From: the human T2T-CHM13v2.0 reference genome, Homo sapiens
NCBI RefSeq assembly: GCF_009914755.1
Contig: NC_060937.1
DNA: 64,000 bases
Strand: one strand, 5' to 3'
In this document: positions 1 to 18,833 of the stretch, piece after piece
How the letters are laid out: each line of letters begins with the position of its first letter
How positions within the stretch are numbered: the stretch's first letter is position 1
Made by a program: the position numbers and the translations under genes
Notes under the pieces: generated by a model
The model's input: only the letters and a program-made list of their open reading frames with translations
What the model was told of the DNA's origin: nothing
The model's database searches: none

Positions 1-1589
<1,589 letters not shown>

Positions 1590-1599
1590 TTAAGGAGAG

Positions 1600-2330
1600 A
1601 GCTTTAAACAGAGGAGAAACATGATCTAATTTGCAGTTGATAAATATCCCTGGCCTCAGTGCAGTGAGTAAAATGGTGGCAGCGGTGGAGTGGCAGGGAG
1701 GATCCAAAGAATTGGGAAGGGAATTGCAACAAACCAAAAACCCAGGAAAGAGATTAGGGTCATCTCCTCTAGATTACTGGCAGTGAGATAGAAAGTAGAC
1801 AGAGAGGTTTCAAAAGTAAGTTCACTGGATTTGGTAATTGCTTAGATGTGAGAATGGAGAAGAATGATGCAATAGCATTTAGCCTTCTGGTTTGGAAAAA
1901 AAAAATATGTACATAGAGCTGAAATCTACAAGATAGGGAAAGTGAGAGCAGGAGTATATCTGAGAGAAAAAGTAATGAGATTCCTTTGGATATGTGGCAT
2001 GAAGGATGTTTATAACCATTCAATAGAAGGTAATCACTGGACTGGTATAAGAGCGATTTGGAACTGAGGAAAGAGATCAAGGCTGAAGATTATGGAATTG
2101 ATATAATTTAAATAGTTATGTAGGTCTTAGCAGGAGATGAGACTGACTTTAGGAAGACTATACAGGAAAAAAAAAAAAACCAGAACATGAGATAGAACCC
2201 TAAGAATACAAAGGTATCAGGAGCACACAGAGGTATCTAAAAAGAAACTGCCAAGGAGATAGGATAATGAGCAAAACTGGGATCCATAAGGTGATGTTTA
2301 GAAACTGAAAGTAATAAAGATATTGAAGGA
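1600..2330 (-). mobile_element. Degraded L2 LINE fragment
   Basis: Purine-rich stretch with typical antisense L2 phrases (ATGATCTAATTTGCAG, GGATTTGGTAATTGCTTAGATGTG). Boundaries approximate. Confidence 0.6.
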
Positions 2331-4478
2331 ATCAATTAAAGTGATGAAATAACGCTAATTGAAAATTTATGGCAGCATAATTATAGCAGTGGGTGATGGG
2401 AGTGAGGAATTATCTAGGGAAGAGAATAAGCCTAATTCTGACTATAGCAAACCTTTGAGTTAGATGAAAATATAGTGTAAGTTTATATAGATATATAGCT
2501 ATACTAAAAGATGGCCAGATGGATAGATAGGTAGACAGAGATACCCATTCCACTGTATGTCCTCATACATGTTGATGACTTTATAACTGTGTTTACCACT
2601 GCCTCATTTTGTACTGCAAGTTACCTGAGACTTGCCTTCTCTAGTCCTTATTGTGTCCTCTGATGTGTAATAATAATTCATATCAATAACTGTAAAATTA
2701 TAAAAAATTTTGAGTGATAATATATTGAAATATTTAGAATGCTTTATTTGTTTAAAACATTTTGACATTTGGGATTCATTTTCAAATTTTAGCCCAAAAT
2801 TTCATATTTTGGTTATATACATGGGAAAATTTGTATAAAGCAATTCAGAACTTTGTTAGTTCAATATAAACACAATTTGGGTCTTTTTACTTTTTGGAAA
2901 TTTTCTAAATGATGATTCATGCTTTGAGATGCTCATAGCAAAAAAACACAAATTCTTTGTATTTTAGCATCACTGATACTTCCAACACACTGGGTGCATT
3001 TCTACAGCACACCTGGCACTTTTGAAAATGTTACATCACATCTAAACAATTTTTTTGAATTCCATTCCTATGGAATCACTGGTACAGAAGGTCCCTTGGT
3101 AAAGCTTAGTTCTGAAATAATTGCATGTTTCTTTTCCTCATAATTTGGACTCCCATGTTTTATAGATACTTGGCATTGTTCTGAAACCTTCCCTCCAGCC
3201 AGCTTGCTACTCCAGATGGCATTGCCTTTCTGAACAAGCTGAGTCCTCTGGTCATTAGGGTAAAATAGCATTTACTTATAAGTCCTTGTCTAGTCTTGCT
3301 TACCACTATTATTCACTTCATTGATCATGAATATAAGGTTCTTAGCTCTTGGTATTCCAGAATAGTAATAGGCAATTCTAAAATTCTCCAGGCTAATTAT
3401 TTAACAAGTAAAATACTAATCATTTTTTTCAAAATTTCGAAACTAATAAATTTTCAAAATCACATTAGTTTCATCTCTACATGGATTCTGTAAATGTCAA
3501 GTTAAACATAAAATTCACTTTCTATGTAGCTTTCACTAAGTCATTTCTTATATTATTGGATAACATGATTTATTCTTTTTCCTTTTTATGGAATTGTATT
3601 ATCGATAAATTTGAGCTCAAGCATTAAAGGTTTCTAAAGGAAAATTTACTCATGAACACAAGCCTTCAGAAAACACATTTAATCAATTAGCTATATCTAA
3701 TCAGTTGTTTTTGTGAATCCCACATTCTTGAATATTCATTTTAACCAGTCCAACAAAACCTGTAAGATTGGGCCCCATCCTGTCGTCTAGTCATTCCCTC
3801 AAAATGGAGTATTCAGCTGTACATCTAACTTGGTAAGAGCAAAAGAATGAATCCAAGCCAGTAAAGTAGCTTTATAAAAGGTGCTTCAAAGGGATACCTC
3901 AATTTTCATTAAAAATTTTAATTATTAAATCATTTCTGGCTTCAGTCTTTCTGCAAAGCCAACCAACTTCAAAATATATCTTGTTCACTACAATTTCAAG
4001 TGAGACTTTTCAAGTAATAAGGAAAGGTTTTTGGAAATTTAGAGAATTAACAATATTTTCTTTAGAACCACCTACATCTGTTTCATTTTTAGTTGCATTT
4101 TATTCTAAGTGATTCCTGCAGTAAATAATCATGAGCATGATGCATCTTCTCAGTAGTCCCTCTGTAGGTGCCTCTCAATGCAAAGGAATTAATACAGGTT
4201 TCTCTGTCTGCCTTCTGTTTGCATAAGATAACACTAATACCCAATGTGTCTATCAAAAACCACAAGATACATTTTGAACTTCATCAGAGTTTACAATATT
4301 GTTTAATGACACTTTATGAAGTGGCCTTAACTTCATAGATTTCGTAGATTTTTAAGGACAACACAATATCCTGATGTGGGTAACATTCATGTAAACAAAG
4401 GTATTTATCTCTTAACTTTATTGATATCTCAAACTCTCACAAATAGAAGGATTTGGCTCCTTGATTCATTAACATATA

Positions 4479-4810
4479 CAGTCATGCTTTGCTAGGTAAC
4501 AGGGATACTTTCTGACAAATGCATCATTAGGCAATTTTGTCATGTGTGAGCATTATAGAGTGTACTTACACAAACCTAGGTGATGTAACCTATTGCACAC
4601 TTAAGTATATGGTATAGCTTATTCCTCCTAGGATGCATACCTATACAGCAAGTTACTACATTACATAGCGCAGGCAATTGTAACACAATGGTATTTGTGT
4701 ATCTAAACATGGAAAAGGTACAGTAAAGGTACAGTTATACAATCTTATGGGACCACTATCATATATGTGGCCCATTGTTAGCCAAAGCGTCATTATGTGG
4801 TGCATGACCA
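4479..4810 (-). mobile_element. Tigger3a/MER7A-type DNA transposon (TcMar-Tigger)
   Basis: TA-CAGTCATGC at the left end and GCATGACCA-TA at the right (TIR plus TA duplication). Internal AATCTTATGGGACCAC matches the family. Confidence 0.85.
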
Positions 4811-4894
4811 TACATGAATTGAATATTCCCCACTGACATATCCATTTTTAGTATTTTTGTAAATTGGCCTAACGGTTATTTGTGCTCTATATGC

Positions 4895-4960
4895 ACAAGG
4901 TAAGTTATTTTATCCCCATTTTACAGATGAGGAAATCGTTTTAAAGGACTTAAAGCATTG
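4895..4960 (-). mobile_element. MIR fragment
   Basis: MIR core ATCCCCATTTTACAGATGAGGAAA. Confidence 0.65.
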
Positions 4961-5972
4961 TCATTGCTTAAGACCAGTGGTATTCTCTTGCATTATTCCT
5001 TTAAGCCAGAGATAAAAGAAATTAATAAGAAAAAAAATCAGAGAACAAATCCATAACAGTTTACTTCAGCCAATGAGTGGTTATATTTAGTTTTATCTTG
5101 TAGAAAGAGAAGTCATTTTATGTTTTAAGGAGAGAGCATGAGTGAAAACTGTGGAAAATAATAAGCAAGTCACTGGGGGTATGCATTGACCTCCTCCTCT
5201 CTCCTTTAGTAAATGAGTCTGAATACTGGTTATGGATTGTATTGATCATATATTAAAATGACAAATTGCCTCCACATTAGCTTGCACACAAGTCTCTTAA
5301 CGAAACCCATTGTAACTTGTCAGATGCAACCTAAGAATTGAACTAGACATTGATGGACAAGACCTTCCACTGACCATTGAAAACATGTAGATTCTCCCTG
5401 ATTAAATTGATGCTTCTGACTTTAATGAGCTGCTATTGATTGGGCATTTACTGCTACAATATATTATCATATTGCTGTTCCCAGTGCCATACTTAAGAGG
5501 TTATAAGCATTTCTGCTATAAATCCTTTTTAGAAGCTTGTAGCTCAACCAAAATATATGCCAGTGATATCATACATAAGATGTAAAGCCACTTTGACTGC
5601 AGATTATTTTCCACAGTTAAAAATTATACATATATATGTACATTTAATAACGTCAGTTTTCTTTGAATAACCCAAACGATGATGGCCTGAGGTAGTCTGT
5701 GAATTATATGAATATGCAAAAAAGGGTTCTTGTTGAAAATAAGTTTTAATATGATATGCTTTACTGATCTACCTTATAAGACTACAAGAAACAGGTCTAA
5801 AAATGGTGAATGAAAAATAGTATGTTGCCAGTTTGTCCCTGAGTTTAAATCATGGAGTATGAACTCAGTACTTACGGTAGTTTGATATACATCATAATAA
5901 TTAAAGTAGTAATAATGTAAGACAAAGATTATTTTGGACTAAAAACATGGAGAAACTGACATCTGCATTTTA

Positions 5973-5973
<1 letters not shown>

Positions 5974-6012
<39 letters not shown>

Positions 6013-6283
6013 TTGAGATGGAGTCTCGCTCTGTCACCCAGGCTGGAGTGCAGTGGCATGATCTCGGCTCACTGCAACCTCTGCCTCCCAGGTTAAGCAA
6101 TTCTCTGCCTCAGCCTCCTGAGTAGCTGGTATTACAGGCGCCCTGCTAATTGTTTGTAATTTTTTTGTAGAGACGGGGTTTCACCATCTTGGCCAGGCTG
6201 GTCTTGAACTCCTGACCTTGTGATCCACCTGCCTCGGCCTCCCAAAGTGCTGGGATTACAGGTGTGAGCCACGGCACCTGGCC
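5974..6283 (-). mobile_element. AluS (Sg-like) with (TTA)n-derived tail
   Basis: Antisense Alu dimer GAGATGGAGTCTCGC...GGCC with an (ATT)n tail. Flanking repeat CATTTTATT. Confidence 0.95.
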
Positions 6284-8962
6284 TGTCATTTTATTCTAAA
6301 TAATTTTTCTGAAGCCTGAGAACACTTAAACATATACAAATAGTTGTTTTTTGTTTAAAATATAAAGAGCTTACTTTGAAGTACATTTTTATTTAAAATG
6401 AATACTCCTTTTTTTAATTGTTAATAGAAATATCCTTTTTCTGCATTACATTTATAAATATGATACAATTTTAAGCACCTCATACATTATTTCTCTGGAG
6501 TAGACATTTAATTATTTGCTGAATGCTTTAGTGTATGGATGAAAAGGGATGAATGAATACAAGTTATGAGAATCTTGATTTTATCTTTTCTAATGAAATT
6601 GTGAATACCACTTTAATCAAAAGAATATCAGTTTCTGTGTTTAACACTTCAGTTCTGTATCTACTTTTCAGAAACAGTTTTAGAGCACTTGAATCATTGT
6701 TTGTAGGTACCATTCAAGATATATTTTGGAGTTCTTGGCCAGACAAGAATACACTGATCTACTCTGGGACTACTCTTACATTCTCAGATATTTTAATGTA
6801 CTTAGTGGATTTTTAAGTGTCACCAGGAAACCAAAATTAATAACATAGCTTATTTAGACGAAATAGGTAAAATCCAAACAAATTTGGCAGAGTTTGCTTA
6901 TTGCTTAAAAAGCATATTTTAGCAATTAATTGAGCCATTTTTTCAATATATTATGTATAATATAATGTTTTACATCATTGCTAGGTATTTTTAATATAGG
7001 TTGAAGTTTGGTAAATCATGTTGTATTAATGACTACATAAAAGTCACTATATACAATAAACTTTCATTGTTTGTGATTATGAGAAAATAGTTCATCCGGA
7101 AAAAAAAGTATGCTATTTTATGTTTCACAATAACTGTAAAATGGCTAGTTATATTGATAGTATTCTGTTTGATTTTTTGATGGAATTAAATGAATATATC
7201 ATTTAAATGTGATTATTAAGACGATGGAGGTGATTGATTCTGACAAACCTTTTTAATGTTTTTAAAGTATATATGAGTACACATCAATAATAATATGCTT
7301 CTGTTGCCTGACACATGGTTTTCCATAACATCTTTCAATTGCATATCTACTATAATTTTAATTCAATAAAATGCAGGAGGTGCATGAATGGAGAGTACAA
7401 CAATTTGTAGTTATGCTGAAAGACATCTACAGTTCATAGACCCGCTAATTTGTACAATTAAAATTAAAAAGAAAAGACTTATTCAGAGAATGTAGCTTAT
7501 CTTTGTCATGGTCATGAATGAACAAAATAGGGAGTTGCAAAAAATTAGAGGGCAAACTTCTCTGCACACTAAAATCAATGGGAATGTTATAGTAGAAGTA
7601 TCTGAACCAAACTGTTTCTCTCCCAGCCAGAGGCTGGTTCACTGAGCTATGCAGCTTGATAACTGCCACCAGTAATGAAGTTGGACTGAATATTTTTCCA
7701 GTTCTACCCACAGACAGAAAAGGTAGGCTGAACAAGAATACTCCTAATGGAGCATTTGAATAAGTGTCTGCATAATGATGTTTTCAATTTTTGAATATTT
7801 AATATTTTAAGCCTATTTTTCTCACACTGTGTGAGAAGTCATAAAAGGTAGAGTCCTATTAATGCTAATTCCCAAGACTCTAGAAAAAAAAGTTTTCTCG
7901 CAATCATTTTGTAAACTGTAAGAAAACTGATTATGTCTTCAATCTGTGATGATACTCTACAGAAATATGCACATTTTTGTCTTGTCTCTCTTGATATTTT
8001 ATGTAAATTTCATTATATATAAGTGAACTCTATCATTCTGTTTTCCGTTTTGGGGTTAAATCTTCTTAAAATACTATTATTGAAGAGAAAAGACAATGCT
8101 GGAAGAGGAAAAGAAAAAAAATGAAAAACAGGGCAGAAAAAGGAGAAAATGAGAGGACAATAAGCCTGAAGAGGCATAAGAAAAAAGAAAATAGATTATG
8201 TGCAGCTATCAACTTCTAGTGTACAGAAAAGGAAATTGTCCTTATGAATTATCTCCCGTCTGTACTTCCTTAGAGCTCTCAGCTACTGATTGAATGCCCT
8301 ACTCCTGGTAGTTACACTATTTTCTACACTTGTATGTTAATAATTCAGGCTCAGAATTTAACCTGTCATCCAAAAGAGGGTTAATTCTTAAATTCAGTTC
8401 ATTCTGAGTTAAGCACAAACTTCAAAACAATGCAAAGGCTGCGTGGAGAGTCATGTAATTGTATCTTCCCTCTCAGAGACCTGAGCTATTAGCTAACCCA
8501 TCATGTTTTTTGTTTATAGTCAAGTATGATATGTATGTTTTCTGGCCTTCAACAGTGCTATATCCATAACACTCCCACACTAAAAGCATTTCTATAGAAA
8601 CAAAAAAGAATGAGGAAAATTGTTATCACGTACATTGTTCTAGGATTTTTATTTTCATCCATTGTTTAAAATAGGCATGCTTGTAGTATAAAACAGCACC
8701 TCTAGTGTATAATGAGGCACAAAATGTACTGTTCATGAAAAATTGATATATATAAACCTTTTTACTAAACCATAACACAATTCATCCTTTATTAGAAGTC
8801 CAATTTAAGATGTAGACATTTTCTACCAACTGGGAGCTAAGGCTTTCCAAAGACTGAACTAGAGAAAGAAAATTGTTTTTTGCCTGTGACAATGTGTGGA
8901 AACATTTGAAAAGGTACCTACGTAAGAACAGTTTTGGAGAAAACCTTTGGTCATCCAGAAAC

Positions 8963-8966
<4 letters not shown>

Positions 8967-9000
<34 letters not shown>
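8967..9000 (+). repeat. Pure (A)34 tract
   Basis: Directly visible homopolymer, not attached to a recognisable Alu or L1 body. Confidence 0.95.
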
Positions 9001-9004
<4 letters not shown>

Positions 9005-9231
9005 CCAACCTCATAAAATCTTATTTTGTTCTAAGTTTCTCCAGTTCTGGAATCTAGAATTAAGATGCACAATTAACTTAAAGAAGCAAGTCTTGGAATG
9101 TGCCAGTCCAACAAATGCAGGAAGAATTCTCCAGCTCAAAGCAGAGATGAATGAGTTCATTAGCAGCAGCTGCACTTATACATCAAGTACCTTTCGGTAA
9201 CACATGAGTCTTGGTCCTTCTAAATTGTGCA

Positions 9232-9430
9232 GTGGGGAACATCACACACCAGGGCCTGTTGTGGGGTTGGGGGAGGGGGGAGGGATAGCAGTAGAAGATA
9301 TACCTAATGTAAATGACGAGTTAATGGGTGCAGCACAGCAACATGGCACATGTATACATATGTAACAAACCTGCACGTTGTGCACATGTACCCTAGAACT
9401 TAAAGTATAAAAAAAAATAAAAAATAAAAA
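9232..9430 (+). mobile_element. Short L1PA5-like 3' UTR stub with A-tail
   Basis: GGGGAACATCACACACC...GTACCCTAGAACTTAAAGTATAA followed by an A-rich tail. Confidence 0.93.
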
Positions 9431-9759
9431 CACTTCAATACTTAGCGTATGAGGGACATGACTTAAAACATTAAGTTTGCAGCCCCATAGTTAAGTCAAT
9501 CTATGTGTTTCTCCCATTTTCCGTTTTCACAACAGTGGCCAACTAGGTTATTGCCTCAAGATGGTTACATTGTTTCACTTGCGCTGGATCTACTCGTTTT
9601 CAGTTACTTTGTTACCTTGTAAAAAAAAGTTTTCATTTGTATCTAATTATGTTATGAATTGAATATAATAGTATCTGTTTTAATTTGCCACTTTGCTTTA
9701 CAGATTTAAATAAAGAGGAATGAGAACCTTGAAAAAAAAAAAAAGCAAGAACTCTAGAG

Positions 9760-10011
9760 CAGAGTTTCTCAAACTTGGCATTACCATACTGACATTTCGA
9801 AACAAATACGTGGAGTGTGTCCGTGTGTGTGTTAGCATTTGCGTCACAGTGTCCTGTGCTTTGCAGGAAGTTTAGCCCTATCCCTGACTTCTACCAACTA
9901 GATGTCATCCACACTGCTTCTCCCACAGTTTTGTGACAATCCAAAGTATCTCCAGACATTGACAAATGATCCCTGGGGGACAAAATGCTCTGGTCCTCTT
10001 CAGAACCAATG
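9760..10011 (-). mobile_element. MER20 (hAT-Charlie)
   Basis: Ends CAGAGTTTCTCAA...AGAACCAATG. 8-bp TSD CTCTAGAG (9752-9759) / CTTTAGAG (10012-10019). Confidence 0.88.
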
Positions 10012-10139
10012 CTTTAGAGTAAAATTAGCCTAATTTCTGATTTTTCCCATTGCTTGTAGAGACAATGGAAATAGTAATTGCACTAAGTTGATGGAATTGT
10101 TGTAAAGGTAAAAAAGAGTGCTAAGAATATTTTCTGGAT

Positions 10140-11037
10140 GGGGGGAGGAGCCAAGATGGCCGAATAGGAATAGCTCCGGTCTACAGCTCCCAGCGTGAGC
10201 GACGCAGAAGACGGGTGATTTCTGCATTTCCATCTGAGGTACCGGGTTCATCTCACTAGGGAGTGCCAGACAGTGGGCGCAGGTCAGTGGGTGCGCGCAC
10301 CGTGCGCGAGCTGAAGCAGGGTGAGGCATTGCCTCATTCGGGAAGCGCAAGGGGTCAGGGAGTTCCCTTTCCTAGTCAAAGAAAGGGGTGACGGAGGGCA
10401 CCTGGAAAATCGGGTCACTTCCACCCGAATACTGCACTTTTCCAACGGGCTTAAAAAACAGCGCACCACGAGATTATATCCTGCACCTGGCTCGGAGGGA
10501 CCTACGCCCAGGGAGTCTCGCTGATTGCTAGCACAGCAGTCTGAGATCAAACTGCAAGGCGGCAGTGAGGCTGGGGGAGGGGCGCATACCATTGCCCAGG
10601 CTTGCTTAGGCAAACAAAGCAGCCAGGAAGCTCGAACTGGGTGGAGCCCACCACAGCTCAGGGAGGCCTGCCTGCCTCTGTAGGCTCCACCTCTGGGGGC
10701 AGGGCACAGACAAACAAAAAGACAGCAGTAACCTCTGCAGACTTAAATGTCCCTCTGACAGCTTTGAAGAGAGCAGTGGTTCTCCCAGCACTCAGCTGGA
10801 GATCTGAGAATGGGCAGACTGCCTCCTAAAGTGGGTCCCTGACCCCTGACCCCCGAGCAGCCTAACTGGGAGGCACCCCCCAGCAGGGGCACACTGACAC
10901 CTCACACGGCAGGGTACTCCAACAGACCTGCAGCTGAGGGTCCTGTCTGTTAGAAGGAAAACAGAAAGGACATCCACACCAAAAACCCATCTGTACATCA
11001 CCATCATCAAAGACCAAAAGTAGATAAAACCACAAAG
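10140..11037 (+). promoter_or_regulatory. L1 5' UTR internal sense/antisense promoter, CpG-rich
   Basis: YY1 motif AAGATGGCC intact near 10153. Many CpGs are retained in 10150-10640, unlike the rest of the window. Confidence 0.8.
10284..10592 (-). CDS. L1 ORF0 (antisense ORF in the 5' UTR), open, 102 aa
   Basis: ATG at 10592 gives MVCAPPPASLPPCSLISDCCASNQRDS..., matching primate L1 ORF0. Expression unknown. Confidence 0.7.
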   Translation of the reverse strand: MVCAPPPASLPPCSLISDCCASNQRDSLGVGPSEPGAGYNLVVRCFLSPLEKCSIRVEVTRFSRCPPSPLSLTRKGNSLTPCASRMRQCLTLLQLAHGARTH

Positions 11038-12053
11038 ATGGGGAAAAAACAGAACAGAAAAACTGGAAACTCTAAAGAGCAGAGCACCTCTCCTCCTCCA
11101 AAGGAATGCAGTTCCTCACCAGCAAGGGAACAAAGCTGGACGGAGAATGACTTTGATGAGCTGAGAGAAGAAGGCTTCAGACGATCAAATTACTCTGAGC
11201 TATGGGAGGACATTCAAACCAAAGGCAAAGAAGTTGAAAACTTTGAAAAAAATTTAGAAGAATGTATAACTAGAATAACCAATACAAAGAAGTGCTTAAA
11301 GGAGCTGATGGAGCTGAAAACCAAGGCTCGAGAACTACGTGAAGAATGCAGAAACCTCAGGAGCCGATGCGATCAACTGGAAGAAAGGTATCAGCAATGG
11401 AAGATGAAATGAATGAAATGAAGCGAGAAGGGAAGTTTAGAAAAAAAAAGAATAAAAAGAAATGAGCAAAGCCTCCAAGAAATATGGGACTATGTGAAAA
11501 GACCAAATCTACGTCTGATTGGTATACCTGAAAGTGACAGGGAGAATGGAACCAAGTTGGAAAACACTCTGCAGGATATTATCCAGGAGAACTTCCCCAA
11601 TCTAGCAAGCAGGCCAACGTTCAGATTCAGGAAATACAGAGAACGCCACAAAGATACTCCTCAAGAAGAGCAACTCCAAGACACATAATTGTCAGATTCA
11701 CCAAAGTTGAAATGAAGGAAAAAATGTTAAAGGCAGCCAGAGAGAAAGGTCGGGTTAACCTCAAATGGAAGCCCGTCAGACTAACAGCGGATCTCTCGGC
11801 AGAAACCCTACAAGCCAGAAGAGAGTGGGGGCCAATATTCAACATTCTTAAAGACAAGAATTTTCAACCCAGAATTTCATATCCAGCCAAACTAAGCTTC
11901 ATAAGTGAAGGAGAAATAAAATATTTTACAGACAAGCAAATGCTGAGAGATTTTCTCACCACCAGGCCTGCCCTAAAAGAGCTCCTGAAGGAAGCGCTAA
12001 ACATGGAAATGCACAAACGGTACCAACTACTGCAAAATCATGCCAAAATGTAA
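11038..12053 (+). pseudogene. L1 ORF1p, frameshifted
   Basis: MGKKQNRKTGNSK start and ...QNHAKM stop, split across ORFs 11038-11412, 11494-11688 and 11712-12053. Confidence 0.93.
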
Positions 12054-12116
12054 AGACCATCAAGAATAGGAAGAAACTGCATCAACTAATGAGCGAAATC
12101 ACCAGCTAACATCATA

Positions 12117-15942
<3,826 letters not shown>

Positions 15943-18833
15943 ACAATGAGATCACATGGACACAGGAAGGGGAACATCACACTCTGGGGACTGTTGTGGG
16001 GTGGGGGGAGGGATAGCTTTGGGAGATATACCTAATGCTAGATGACGAGTTAGTGGGTGCAGCGCACCAGCATGGCACATGTATACGTATGTAACTAACC
16101 TGCACAATGTGCACATGTACCCTAAAACTTAAAGTATAATAATAATAAAAAAAAGAATATTTTCTGTTATATAGTATGTGGGAAAAAATGTGTGATTACT
16201 ATTATCATGGGCCGAAAATTATGAATTACAATTTATCTGAACATAGAGTGGCCATTCTTTGGCTGTTATAGCCATTTAGCCAGAAGATGAGCTGACGTCA
16301 CTTGTGTTTATATTTATTTTCAAGATTATACTCCTTAAAATAATCCCATTTCTCTTCTCGTTTTATTAAGTTATGGTTTTCTCCTTTACCTGTAAAAAAT
16401 AATAATTCAGAAATTACATGGGAATGTGTTTCCTGAGTTTTTTGTGTGATATCCAAGAAATCATTGCCAAGACCAGTGTCAAGGGGATTTCGCCTATATT
16501 TTCATCTAGGAGTTTTATGATTTCCAGTCTCATATGTAGGTCTTTTATCCATTTTGAGTTGATTTTTGTGTATGGTGTAAAAGAAGGGTCCAATTTCATT
16601 GGTTTATTTTCAGATGAGGAAATCCAGTTTTTCCAGAGAATATCCTTTTCCCATTGCGGTTTTTTTTTTTTTTTTTTTTTTTTTGGTGCTGTCATGAAAT
16701 AATATTAGTTGACCATGTATGTTTGGACTATTTCCGGACTTTCTACTCTATCCCACTGGTCCACTGGTCTGTTTGTCTGTTTTTATGCCAGTACCATACT
16801 ATTTGCTTTCTATAGATAGCTGTGTAATATAATTTTAAATCAGTAAGGGTAATACCTCCATTTTTTTTTTCAGAATTGCTTGGCTATTCAGGGTCTTTAT
16901 GGTTTCATACAAATTATTGGATTGTTTTATCTATTTCTGTGAAGATTCCACTGGGATTTTGATAAGCATGGCATTGGATCTATATATTACTTTATGTATT
17001 ATCAACATTTAAGACACTACTTTTTTATTCAGGAGCAATGGGATATCTTTCCATTAATTTGTGTTCCCTTTTTTTCATTAACATTTTATAGTTTTCAGTT
17101 TTTCAACTTGGTTAAATTTATTCCTGATTATGTTTTATACTATGATAAATGAGATTGTTTTCTTGATTTGTTTTTGGCTAGTCATTGTTTGTCTATACAA
17201 ATGCCATAGATTTTTATATGTTGATTTTATGTCCTGCAATTTCACTGAATTAATTTATTGGGTTGAACAGTTTTTTGGTGGAGTCTTTAGGGCTCTCTAT
17301 ACATAGGTTCATATCATCTGCAAATACAGATACTTTTATTTTTCCTTTCTGATTTAAATATCTTTTATTTCTTTTTCTTGTCTAATTACTCTTGATAGTA
17401 TTTCCAGTACTATGGTGAATAGAAGTGGTGAAAATGAGCATCCTCATGCATTGTACCAGATCTTAGAAGAAAAGTTTTCAGTATCTCCTTATTGATTATG
17501 ATGTCATCTGTGGGTTCTTCATAAATAGCCTTTATTATAGTGAGAAACTTTCCTTTACACCTAAACAGTTAAGAGTTTTTATCAAGAAAGGATGTCAAAC
17601 TTTGGTAAATGCTTTTTCTGCATCAATTGATATGATCGTGTGGTTTTGTTTTTCAATATATTAGTGTGATGTATAACATTGACTGATTTGCACATGTTAA
17701 ATCTGTCTTGCATACCAGGATTAAATGCCACTTGTTTGTAATGGACAATCTTTTTTATTGAGAATTTTTGCATTGATGTTCATCAGTGATATTTGGCCTA
17801 TAGTTTATTTTCTTATGGTGTCTTTGTCTGGTTTAGGTAAGAAGGTAATACTGATCTTGCAAAATTTGTTAGGAAGTATTTGCTTCAAATGTATTTCTTT
17901 GGAGGAGTTAAAGAAATATTGGTATCACTTTTCCTTTGAAAGGTTGGTAGAATTAGGCCCTAATGCCATTTGATTTTGTGCTTTTATCAAGAAGTTTTTA
18001 ATTATTACTTTAATGTCTTTGTTATTGGACTGTTCAGATTTATATGTCTTCCTTATTCAACCTTGTTAGATTGTATTTTTCTAGGAATTTGTTCATTTCA
18101 TCTAGGTTATCAAATATCTTCACATGCAATTTTTCATAATAGTCTCTTATGATCCTTTCTTTTCTGTGGTGTCTGTTGTAGTGTCTCCACCTTCATTTCT
18201 GATTTTACATATTTAAGACTTGTTTTTTTTATTCTGGCTAAGAGTTTTTCAATTTTTTTTTTCAAAAACCATCTGTTCTATTGATTTTTTTCCTATGATT
18301 TTTCTTTCATCTGTTTGATTTACTTTTGTTTCGATTTTTATTATTGCCTTCCCTCTGCTGACTTTGGGTTTAGTTTGATCTTTATTTTTTGGCTTTTTGA
18401 GGTGTAATATTAAACTATTTATTTGAGATTGCTCTTCTTAATATATTTGTTGCTATAAACTTCCCCCTTAGAACTGCTTTTGCTGTATCCCATAGGTTTT
18501 GATTTGTTGCATTTCTATTATTGTTTGTTTCAAGATATATTTTAAACTTTTCCTTTTAATTCTTCTTTGACCCATTCATTGTTCAGAAGCATATTGTTTA
18601 ATTTCCACATATTTGTGAATTTTCCAAAATTCTTCCTCTTAGAGATTTCTAGTTTCATACCATTGTGGTCAGAAATAATACTTGATATGATTTAGATCTT
18701 CTTAAATTATATAAGGGTTGTTTTGCGGCCTACCAAGTGGTCTATCTTGTTTTATGTGCACTAAAGAAGAATGTGTATCTTGCTGGAAAGTTCTATATAT
18801 ATGTGTTAAGCCTATTTCTCCTTCCATATTCAT

